Shown here: positions 39,596 through 51,271 of the stretch, one piece after another | Numbering within the stretch: position 1 is the stretch's first letter | Layout of the letters: every line of letters starts with the position of its first letter | Translations under genes and position numbers: made by a program | Notes under the pieces: generated by a model | Told to the model about the DNA's origin: nothing | The model's input: only the letters and a program-made list of their open reading frames with translations | Database searches by the model: none | DNA from: Squalus acanthias | Lineage: Eukaryota | DNA: 64,000 nucleotides | NCBI GenBank assembly: GCA_030390025.1 | Contig: CM059431.1 | Span: forward strand, 157,978,001 to 158,042,000 | Direction of reading: 5' to 3'

Positions 39596-39899
39596 ATTCC
39601 GTTAGTTGTATGATTGGTCAGTACCACACTGGACTGGAAGCAAATGATTACAATTGTGGGCTGTGGTCCGTCATTTTGGTAAACTCTTTTGCTCTATCAT
39701 TTTCCGCTTTTGATGTTTAGATTACAGTAAGCCGTATGATCACTGAGTGATTTCGAATTCTAACGTTTACCTGAGGCTTATAGATTTCCCATTGTACTAG
39801 AGTTTATTTATTGCCTTGAAAGTGACGAAGGGCTGAAGGATGTTCCGAGCTGTAAGGTTATAAATAATGGGGTGTACCTGGTGATCAGCAGAAGGTTTC

Positions 39900-41270
39900 T
39901 TTGGCAGTACTCAAAATAGAACAGTCATCTCGTCCAGAGGCAATGTTTCCTAGATCACTGAAGAAAGTAAGGGTGTAAATTGAGGAGGCTCTGGCCAGAA
40001 TCCTACCATACTCCTTAGATAAAGAGGCTTTGCCAGATGGGTCGTTACACAAATGTAACACAAATGTTCAAAACAGTGGAGAGGATATATCTAGCAATAC
40101 AGGCAAGTCAACGTGAAGTGGCCGGTGGGAAACTTTTAGAGACAATAATCAGGGGAAAAATAATTGACTCTCCGAAAGTTACGGGCTGATAAATGAAAGT
40201 CAGAAAGGACTTGTAAAAAGAAAATTGTGTTTCAATATCTTGATTAAGTTTTTTGCTCAAATTATGGAGAGGGTTGATGAGGCTAGTGCGGTTGATGTAG
40301 TGAATATTAATTTTCAAAAGGCATTTTATCAAGTTCCACATCATAGATTTGTTACAAAAAATTAGGAACACTGCAATTTTAATATATGTTAATGAACTGG
40401 AATTGGGTCTACAGGATATAATTACATAGATAGCAGATTACACGTAACTCCGAAATGTAGTAAACATTATGAAGGATATTAATAGACTCCCAGAGGAGAG
40501 CAACATATTTTGGATTGGCAGAAACATGGAAGATGAAATTTCACGCATAGAATTGTGAAGTGAGATATTTTGGTAGGACGAATGAGGAGAGGCAAAATAA
40601 ACTAAATGGTACCATTTCAAAGACGCTGCAGAAAAAGATAGACCTAGGGGTCGTATGTACGTAAACAATTGATTATGGCAGAGTAAGTTGAGAAGGCTGC
40701 TAGAAATGCACATGGTATCCTTGACTATATTAACAGAGACGCAGAGTACAAAAGCAAGGAAGTTACGTTAAATCTTTATGAAACATTGGTTACGCCTCAA
40801 CTTCAATATTTTTTCAATTCTGGGCACCACACTTTAGGAAAGCTGCAAAGTTTTTAGTGGGGGTGCAGAAGCGATTTACTAGAATGGGACCAGGGATGAG
40901 GGAATCATTAATTTGCAGAGAATGGAGAAGCTGAGATTGATCTCCTTGGAGCAGAGGAGGTTGAGTGGTCATTTGATAGGGGTGTTCAAAATCATGAATG
41001 GTTTTCATAGATTAGATAAGGAGAAGCTGTTACAGTGGAAGAAGCGTAGATAACCGGAGTGAACAGATACAAAAATAATAATAATTAGAGGGGCAATGAG
41101 GAGAAGTTATTTCACAAAGATTGTTGTTTTGATCTGGAACACATTACCTGAAAGCGTGGTTGAATCAGACTTCACATGAACTTTCAAAATGTAATTGAAT
41201 AAGTACTTCAAGGAATAAAACAGGGTTATGGGGAAAGGACAAGGAAGTGGGACTAACTTGGATAGGTTGT
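39900..41270 (+). mobile_element. Old decayed CR1 RT/3' end
   Basis: FQKAFYQVPH, ttctgggcaccacactttagg and ggagcagaggaggttgag remnants. Confidence 0.75.
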
Positions 41271-43954
41271 TGTGGGGAGCACTGTGAGAACAGTGAGGAG
41301 TTGGATTAATGAGATCCAGTTCTAAAGGGCGGGGATGAGAGCAAGAACGTGATCCAGATGAGAAGATGGATCTCGTTCTCCCAGTGTTGGGCCTGGATTA
41401 GGCCGCTCATGCAATAATTTGAATGAGTCGCGCAGCCCTTAAAGGAGCCGCGCCCCCCAAAATGGCGGGTACATTGATGGGCTCATGGTCCATCAACACC
41501 TTGATTTCAAAAAGTTCATCCTCAAGTTGAATTCCATTCATGTCCTCACCCCTTGCTAGCTCGTAACCTGGGAGGGTAAGAACTGCTTGTTCTCTGAAAG
41601 CAGTAGTGTTAGCATTGTGAACTCTGGAGCCTGGCTGTCAAAATGAATGGATCAAATAAATATTACAAAGATATTGATTACTCAGGCAGGCAGGATCTAA
41701 TTACACATTGCAGAGAAACTGCTGGGTGAGTCTTGTCCTCCAAGTTGACAAATCAGAAATATTATCTTGACCTCCAATAGTCCAATCAGAAATTTGGTGT
41801 TGCAAATGGACACATCCTAATTTTAAACATGAGTTCGATAGATTTTTGCTAGTGAATCATATTAATGGAAACGGACAAAAGGTGATTTGATGGAGTTAAG
41901 ATACAGATAAGCAATTGTCTCATTGAATGGCGGAACATGATCAAGGTTCTGAACTGCCTGCTCCTTTTACAAAAATGACGGTAAAAAATCGATGGATAGC
42001 AACTTAATATCGGAGGCCTCCATTCGACCCATATTTCCTGTGCTGGCGGACAGGAAGAGCTAGACAATTAGTTCCACTCTCCTGCTATTTCGCCACATGC
42101 ATGAAATGAAGGTACTAATACAATTCTGCCGTTTACTATATTTGTACCTACAGTTCCAGAACCAAAACACCAGGTTAGAGAATCTGGAAACCGAGGCCGA
42201 GGAATAACAGAGCCTCTCCGTGAATGCTACATCATTAACATAGCTTTGAAATTCTACTAAGCTACATATTGATACATGGCGAAGTCTCTAAGGACGCATT
42301 TTCAACATCCCCTGTGAATTCTGATAACGGGAAGAATCCATCCATAACTATTGGGGTCAAGTTAAGCTTTTGGCGCCAATGTAAAATGGACGATATGCGA
42401 TATCGAGAGGTTTATCTCCGAGCCACTATCGCCCGTCTAACAGTATCAGGAAAAGCAAAAATTACTCCAAGTGGGTGCTGGAACAGTCCACTCCCTATTA
42501 GAAGGCCACAGTCAAGCGGGTACATGATCAAATCCAATTTCTGTTTGAGCAAATGATTAGCGGAAACGTGGGAATAAATTTCCAGTGTATATCGGCTCAT
42601 GATGCGGACAGGTTTAGGCTGGATAAGTTCGCAATCCAACTTGCTATACCTCTTGGTCATTCATTTAGATGTTAAATTGTTTTTCTTTCATTTTAGCCAC
42701 CTGCTTGATCTTGGCGCTAAGGGGAACTAATTGCTTAGAAATTTGTTAGGTGGTGGTTATTGATTCGGCCGCCACAGTAGACGGCCCCTGCAACATTCCT
42801 GTCAATAAAGGGAAGGGATTACTTTTAGTAGTTGACAAATTACATTCAGATAAATCACAGAAGAATCCCGATGAAGTGAGGAACTTAAAGAGGAGGCATC
42901 GGTGCCGATGGGGAGAAAGGATGGTAAAGCAACAGCAATGTGAATTATAAGAAGGAAGTGAAGCATGGAATGTCAAAAAGGAAAAAAGATGAAGGGGCCA
43001 GTAAACTGCAGGAAGTAGCGTATGGAAGTAAAGCGAAGTATGAAAGAAGATGGCGTAGATCCGCTGGTAGCTGGGCTTAAAATACAAACGGAATAATGAG
43101 GAGCGTTGTTTATTGCAGAACACCTGAGTGGTGAAAAAGGTACTGAAGCATGAACGGAGTGACTGAATAACCTCGCCAGCGGTAGAAGCCTAATGTGGTC
43201 TCTGATCGCAAAGGATGCTACTTTCTTTATTCTGCTTCAGGCAATAAGTAACAATGAGAAATTCCAATAAGTACCAGGCACGGCAAAGTAATTTAAATCT
43301 GATTCATATCTGCAACATTTATTCTTCATTGTGGAGTGTTTATCTGCAACGTATTCTAAAGCTCATCTTCAGCTTCCAGCCATTTGGAGTAAAAGTATTC
43401 CCCTACCCCTCCATTAGTCTAATCCCGTTACTTTATGGTAAGCTTGATTCCTCTGTTGACAGGATCGGCTTTGATTGTTGTGATAACGTTTGAATTCGTA
43501 TATTTGAAACACGGCTATTGATTCATAAGTAGTAGGGAAATCGAATGAACAAAGTTTAGCCGCCTGAACAGTTCGTAAAAATGCCGGTAAAGCCGCGGAT
43601 TTAAAAGTAATAGTATATTTAGTCACAAAATAACAATGTACAATTAAAGCACGAACGATTGCTAATTATACATTTAAAAGACTTCAAGTGTCACTGAAGA
43701 GACTTCAACTTAATAGCGGATTTCATAACGCTTCCGGTTCATTCAGTATTTTAATCAATGGTTCATATATTTCTAACAGCAGTTATATAATAAAAGTTAA
43801 TTAGAATGAGTGGGTATTTGGTGGGGAATCAAGAGCAAGCGCATATCTCTAAAAGTACATCCAACTCTTGTCGGCAAATAACTTGGGAAAATGCAGCTCC
43901 TGCCTCTAAGCAGACCAATCTTGTAGCAGAAGCAAGCAGCTGCAGCAGTGAATT

Positions 43955-43965
43955 GTTTCGATTTC
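43955..43965 (-). promoter_or_regulatory. ISRE/IRF-element-like motif upstream of the CARD-array gene
   Basis: gtttcgatttc reads GAAATCGAAAC on the minus strand (GAAANNGAAA consensus). CCAAT motifs lie nearby at ~43915 and ~44001. Confidence 0.3.
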
Positions 43966-44422
43966 AATGATAACAGGAACATCTCAAACGAGTCAGAACC
44001 CAATAGGAGAACTAAATGGCGATATCCGAATAAGTATTCGTTCGTATATATTACAGATTCTTTATTGCTGTGTGAGAATAATGCTAACTTTTGAACTAAT
44101 AGATGAAAATAAGTGCAGAGTCAACCCAGCCACAGTTCGCATTCTTCTCTGATAAACCTCTAGGTGAACACCTTATAAACCCGTTAATTAGGCAAAGTGT
44201 AGAAATGCACAAGATTCCGATTACCTGACAAAGAAAAACCGTGAAAACAGTAGAAGATATTAAAAAGTAAACTGAACAATGCGCTACGCAAACGATGAAC
44301 CGAAGTTAATGCGTCTGGAGCTTTTATAACTGGTTTAGATTGTTTAGATTGTCAATGAATCCGTGAGTAACAACAGCTCAACAGTTGTTCTTTAATTTAC
44401 AGTGATTGACGATATTGCAAGA

Positions 44423-44630
44423 ATGTTCCGACGATACAGTATATTTTTTGTAATACTGCTGGGACTATTAAGAGACGTTTTGCCTGATTCTTCGATAAAG
44501 CAGACACATGATCTCAGAAATGATGACAACCCGCTGGGTAAGGAAAACAATGCGTGTACTTCTCCGGGCATTAATGATGCAGGAAATACAAATAGTGAAG
44601 AAGAGAGTTACATTTCCGATGGAAAAAGAG
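44423..44630 (+). CDS. Leader exon of the CARD-array gene (MFRRYSIFFVILLGLLRDVLPDSS...ISDGKR), hydrophobic N-terminus plus hydrophilic linker
   Basis: Acceptor tttaatttacAG ends at 44402; ATG at 44423 with A at -3; donor AGAG|GTACAT after 44630 is phase 1 and matches the next exon. An alternative phase-1 donor CTGG|GTAAGG follows 44537. Confidence 0.55.
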
Positions 44631-47600
44631 GTACATGCCTCGCACCCTGTTATTCCCTCCCTAAATACCTACGCCTCTACATCTCGGTTAATCACTTAAG
44701 CGTCTGCTTAATTCTCCCTTTTTTGAAAACAATTAATGTAAATCTTCCTGACCCCTTACAATCTCTTTCTTCGGCCAGGATGTGTGTATTCATGCCTCAT
44801 TAAAACTTCCTTGAGGCGCCTTGGAGTACTTTATATCACGTTAATGTTGTTTTTGTTGTTGTTGATGAGGTATTGTCTTTTTTTAGTAGAGCTACCTCTC
44901 ACGACTTTCTCCAAAATGCTCCCCGCCCCATCCTTTTGATGATTTATGCTCGGGCACATTTAATTGTTGAACAGTACTCGCTACAGTCATGTCCAAGCTA
45001 AAGTATTTGTCTTTGTGTGATTATTTTCTATTGATAATGAAAACTATTTCCCAAAACTTTGTTTCCTGAACTCGGTGTATAGATATTCGTAAAGTTTAGT
45101 GTGACTGCCGGTTGTCTTCAAAATATTTCCATTTCACAGTTCCTGTTTCACAATTTAGTCTTCCTTAAAATAAAGAAGGAAAAATGGAAGCACGAATTGA
45201 TTTGCATTTAGTGTTTCATGCTATTAATCTCTGTATGTTATGTATTAGCTCTTCAGGCAAACATGTGAAAGTCACGGCTATGTCTAATTGCTCAACAGCA
45301 TCTGCTGATTCCAAACATTAAATCTAACCTGGAGTCTCAGATCACCGTCAGGAACAATTATTGGTTATTTTTCTGATCATGCCTTTCTATATTAATATTT
45401 GCTGGTACTTTATCTATGCTTTTGTGAGTTTTAGTCTCGATTCCTCAAACGACCTTTGGGCCTAGCCCGTCATGACCTAGAATCTATCTATATCTCTATT
45501 GCTTAAATTCAAATTCACCCATAGATCCGTAAACCACTTGCTCACTAACTTATATTAAATTCTTATCCCAAATTGATCATGTGTGAAATGGTCCTACTGA
45601 TCCTCACCCAAATCTACGGCCCCACCCACCTTATCCCTACAGTCTTCTTGACATCCGCTCTGTTACACAACTCTCCCTCGTTGTGGTCTCTAGTGTATCG
45701 GTTCTTCTGCTCCGCAACATCGGTAATGTGACCTCATTTCGAAACGATAAATCGGAAAAAAATTAACAGTTACTTGGAAAAGAGCTTGATTTATTAAAGA
45801 ATGTCAGCACGGATTTTTCAAAGGCAAATCGTGTTTAACTAACTAGATTTATTTTTTTGATGCGTTAACAGAGATGGTGGGGCGAGGGTGCGGTGAGGCC
45901 AATGTGGTTGACGTGGTGTACATGGACTTCCAAAAGACGTTTGATAAAGTGCCACTTAATAGGCTTGACAGCAAAGTTGAAACCCATGGATTAAAAGGGA
46001 CAGTGGCAGCTTCGATACGAAATTGGCTAAGTGACAATAAACAGATAGTATAGGGGAACGGTTGTCTTTCGAAGTGGAGGAAGGTGTTCCCCTGATGTCC
46101 GTACTAGGATCACTGTTTTTCTGGATATATAGTTATGATTTGGACTTGGGTGTTCCGGGTACAATTTCAAAATTTGTAGCTCACACAATACTTCGTAGTA
46201 TAGTGAACAGTGAGAAGAAAAGTGATAGTCTTCAAGAGGACATAGACAGGCTGGTGGAATGGACGGACACGTGGCAGAAGAAATTTAATGCAGAAACGTG
46301 CGAAATGATATATTTATGGAGGAAGAACGAGGAGAGGCAATATTAACTAAAGGGTACAATTCTAAACGGGCTGCTTGATCAGAGAGACCTTGGGGTATAT
46401 GTGAACAAATCGTTGAAGGTATCACGGCTGTTTGAGAAAGTGGTTAACAAGCTTACGGGAGACTGTGCCTTATAAATAGCGGAATTGAGTAAAAAAACAA
46501 GGAAGTTATAATGAACCTTTATTAAACACTGCCTCGACCTCAACTGGAGTATTGTGCCCAATTCTGGGTATTGCACTTTAGGAAAAATGTGAAGACCTTA
46601 GAGAGAGTGCAGAAAAGATTTACAAGAATGGTTCCAGGAATGAAGGACTTTGTTTAGGTGGATTGACTGGAGAAGCTGTTTGGGTTCTGCTTAGAGCAGA
46701 GAAGGTTGAGTGGACATTTAATTATGGAAATGTACTAGATACAGTCATGTCTAAGCTAAAGCATTTGCCTTTGTGTGATTTTTTTTTCTATTGATAATGA
46801 AATCTATTTTCCAAAAGCTTTGTTTCCAGTACTCGGTGTATTGATATTCGTAAAGTTTAGTGTGACTGCCTGTTGGCTGCACAATATTTCCATTTCTCAG
46901 TTCACGTTTCACAATTTAGTCTTCCTTAAAATAAAGCAGGAAAAATGGAAGCACGAATGAAGTTGCATTTAGTGTTTTATACTATTAATCTCTGTATGCT
47001 ATTTATTAGCTATTCAGGCAAATGTGAAAGTCACGACTATGTCTAATTGCTCCAAAGCATCTGCTGATTCCAAGGCATTAAATCCTACCTGGAGTCTCAG
47101 ATCACCGCCAGGAACAAGTATAGGTTATTTTCTGGACATGCACTTCCATACGAATATTTGCTTGAACGTGATCCATGCTTTTGTGAGCTTTAGACTTGAT
47201 TCCTCACACGACATTTGGGCTTTGCCCGTCATAAACTCCAGCTTTTCTACAGCTCTTTAGCTTCAATTCAAATTCACTCTCAATTCCATAAACCACTTGG
47301 TCACTGACTTACATTCACTTCTTATCCCAAATTGATCATGTGTGAAATGATCCTACTCAACTTACAATAAATGTACAGCCCCAACCACCTTATCCCTACA
47401 GTCTTCTCTCCATCCCCTCTGTTACACACCTCTCCCTCGCGGTGATTTCTAGTGTATCGTTTTTTCTGCTCCGCACTCCAGTTAAAGATATCAATCGCAC
47501 TGACTCTGTTCCTAAGGATCCTCCGCTTTCTACTTCTTACTAACTTTAACCAGCCTCCGAATGTTGCAAGGACTGAGTCATTCCTCCTAACAATACCAAA

Positions 47601-47773
47601 AGGAGACAGCTTTAATTCTTAATACCTCCTCTGTGAGTCGCCACTTGCGGTATCACTGCTTGAAAGGCTTTAAAAAACGCTGTTGCTATATCAGTTGGTG
47701 CAGAGTATTCTTTGTTTTATGGCGGGCTCAGTATTTTAATATGTTCTCATTTACACCTTGACATTATATTCAG

Positions 47774-47934
47774 ATAATAAAACGTTACGGATGCTGAGGA
47801 GCTACACGGATTTGCAGCTGCGGAGAATTATCGAGTGCCACCGTCAGATTCTGGAACATTCAATTCAAGAATTCGTGGAGACTGTTAGTCAGTCGCTTTT
47901 TGATGTAAAACTATTTACTGAAGCAGATCATGAG
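47774..47934 (+). CDS. CARD-like module 1, exon A (DNKTLRMLRSYTDLQLRRIIECHRQILEHSIQEFVETVSQSLFDVKLFTEADHE)
   Basis: ttcAG| ... GAG|GTATGC; 161 bp; phase 1 to 0; open; length and splice sites conserved in three copies. Confidence 0.85.
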
Positions 47935-50900
47935 GTATGCAATATATATGGTGGAATCTCATGGTGTTAAATGAGTCATGAGTCAGAGTTAGATTAATTG
48001 TATTCCGTGCAAACAACGATATAAGCAGTAATCTATAATGACTCTGAAATTGAGTGCGTTTCCAATGAAAACAGCATTTTAAGTGCTCCTCTGAGATATA
48101 TCTCTGGTAAATTAATTTGTTCTTTAATCTTCAATTAATGCATTAAATAATGAGTGAAAAGCATCTCTTGGTTTAACTATGTTCGCTTCATGCAGCGTTC
48201 GAGACCCAACTATCTCTAATTGCTTCTTTAATGGCCATTCCTCATGCGGTCAGAATTGGGGCTAGTCACTGATAATTCAGTGTTCAGCTCCATTTGCAAT
48301 TCCTCCTTTAATGAATTCGTCCATCCCCATATGAAGCTGGACCTGGACAGTATCCAGGTTTGGCCGGTTTTTGTGTCAAGACACATTCTTGTAACTCAAG
48401 TTCCAGGCAATGACCATCTCCACCAACAGAGAGTCACATCATCTCTCCCTGATATTTCATGGAATTAACATCGGCGCATCCGCCACCATCAACATCCTGG
48501 AGGACAGGTCTAAAACCAGCTCTTTGAATTCACTGTGAAACGTGCGGCTGTTAAGGTAATTCCAGTGGCCGCATTTCTGCAGGGAATGGATTAACTCCAG
48601 TTTCTGAAAGCGGAAATAGAGGGCGTCCTAGCAATTGATCAGTTACCCCAAATTACAGGATTGTACGGGCCAAGCCCTGATGAATCGAAATTAATTATTT
48701 AATAAGACATCACTAGCAGAACTGCCATCATGCGTTCTCAGCATAGCCCTAGTGGAAAATCTAGAGAACGATAAAATTTGTAATAGCGACATACTTCTAA
48801 CATTGGATGAAGAAATTAACTGACATTTAAATGCTAAGCTGTCGGAATTAAAGGCCGTGAGTTTCCGTCCATTCTCTATCAAAGGAGCCCTGTTTATTCA
48901 GTGAACCATCTAATTGGTTTTATCCATTGCCGGTGGCTCGAATCTCGAGAAACTTGTAGTGAACGTTTCTAAATCGTTGCTTCGATTTCTCTGCTCCTTT
49001 GCACTTCACAGCATGTCTGCCTCTCTCTGCCTTTATAATACCTTCCCTGCCACAATTTTTACATCGAACTAACACTTTCTTAATTTCTAAACTCACACAA
49101 CCTGCATTATCTCACGTATCACCGAGCTCTCGCAAAATTCATCCGGTCTATGGGATATGCAACCTACCGCCTTGATTCCTGGTCAGCTCAGGTCATTCCC
49201 ATTCTTCGGCTCACCACTCAATGTCGTCACTAATACTGACCCCTCCTGAGTCATCATTCTCTGACGACAAGAATGCTATGATGACACATTACATAAAAAC
49301 AATCTCTGGACTCATCTATAATGTCCACATGTTCGCTTTTCCGAATATTTCCTACCTTTACCTAACACATGTATATACATATCATTCCGAATATAGCTGG
49401 TTAGTTGCCGGCACAGATTGTCTGGGGATATTCTACAAATTATGATGTGGTGACATTAATAGTTTATCTGGCTTAGGTAAGGACAGAATTAGGAGGGAGA
49501 AGGTATTATTAAAAGATACAATTGCAGCACGGGATCTCATGACTGATATAAACAATGCTTCGCCAAATTAAACCATAAGTTTAGGGTTTCAGAATAATAA
49601 AGGAGCGGTTATCATTCATCGAATAGTGGTAAATGGATAGAAGAAGATCAATGGAGAAACATTGAGAAAGTGCAGCAATAAATGTAACATGGTTATTGGC
49701 GACTTTAAATATCCAAAGAATAGAAGTAACATAAGTGCGGGAAAAACTGCATGGTATTTGCAGCCTGTCCGGTTCGTTGTTTATATTGATATGGCTTTAG
49801 GAAAACAAGAAAGGAATCAGTATTGGATCCATTTCTAGAAACGGGGAGGGACTCTTAGGTCATCTAAGGGTAGTGGAACATCCAGGAAAATATGATATCA
49901 TTAGGATTCATATGAAGCGTAAAAGAAAACGGATCAATGAAAGCAATATACATTTTACAGGAATAAATCAAATTTGAACGAAACTAAAATACTAGCCCGA
50001 ATATATTCGCACGTTAATGAGCAGAAAAAGCCGCGTAGAAGCAATGAGAATCGGCCGAATAGGAGAAGATTGCCATAGAAGATACACAAAGTACACGAGA
50101 ATAAAAGAGTCGCAGCATAAACGAGAATTGCTTGGACCTGCATAGAAAATAAGCCAAAATTGAAATTTTAAAATAAATATAACTTAGAAGGGCTGATTAA
50201 TAAAACAAATCAAGGAAACATGGATAATATAAAATAGAAGCGAAAACATTCAAAATTCATGAAACGAATGAGTGGCAGGTGTCAGAATTAGAGACAATTA
50301 TCATATTTCATAAAATCCTCAAAAACAATTAATCAAAGAACAGAGCTGTTTAGAGATGAAAACTGCAATGTTCATAAAGAGCATGAAGAAGTGACTAATA
50401 AGCTGTTGCTGCTGTTGCGATGATTGAAGGTGATATTTGGAATGAATGAAAGGCTCATTGAAGTAAATAGAATTAAACTCGGATGCGGCGTAAAGAGGGC
50501 CACCTATTGGCTTTCAGCCCCTTTCATACTACTGAACAACAGAAAAATCACACACATTGTTATGTTTTTCAATTTCTGCAATTTGAATTTCTGAAAGCAC
50601 GTTGTGAGCTTCCCAAAATATTACTGTTACTATCAACCATTAATGCTTGATTTCATCGAATCCTATTCCTGCAAAACTAACTTTCCCCCTTTTATTCAGC
50701 ACATTATCCTTTTCCATCTATTAGCTGAGAATTTAGAGTTTCCCTGAAAGACTCAACGATGCTCCTCTCTGTCTCTGCAACACTCCGTGATCTCTGTGTT
50801 CATCCAATTCTGGGCATTTGCTCTTCTCCGATTTTCTTCGCCTCACCATTGGCAGCAGAGCCTTCAGATGTCTCGGCTCGAAGCTCTGAAATTCCTCAGC

Positions 50901-51072
50901 TGATCATCTCCTTTAAGAAGCTCCTTCAATCTTAACCCTTGACCAAGCTTCTGGTCATCTGATTGTGAGATTTTCTATTCATTCATCTCATAATGAGAGG
51001 GAGAAAAATAAAATACGTTTTTATCTGGTTATTGAGTTACTTGGCTCAATATGAATGACATTTTTTTTTTAG

Positions 51073-51271
51073 AAAATCAAACATCTCGCTGAAAGTCAGC
51101 GCAAATACGACGCTTCCAGACACATTTTCGATATCGTGCTGGAAAAGGGAGCTCGGGGAAGAAGAACAATCTGGAACATATTTCTTCAACTGCAGAACGA
51201 CGAAGCCTATCTGAAGGAGATAATTTCAGAGATACAGAACAGAGATACATGGTTAGAAAATAATCTGGAAG
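51073..51271 (+). CDS. CARD-like module 1, exon B (KIKHLAESQRKYDASRHIFDIVLEKGARGRRTIWNIFLQLQNDEAYLKEIISEIQNRDTWLENNLE)
   Basis: Poly-T AG| ... GAAG|GTATGT; 199 bp; phase 0 to 1; CARD-like A.R..FD.VLEKG motif. Not listed in the ORF track. Confidence 0.85.

Noticed and set aside
44363..44402. Strong donor CC|GTGAGT just before the leader-exon acceptor
   Set aside because: Pairing them gives a 40-nt intron, too short for typical vertebrate splicing.
46775..47260. Recurring short ORFs (e.g. TMSNCS.AS.DSK.LN.TWSLRS; also 53198-53488, 62064-62315) and minus-strand MIENGRK ORFs as extra exons
   Set aside because: They recur only because the introns are duplicated. Starts, stops and frames differ between units, unlike exons A and B.
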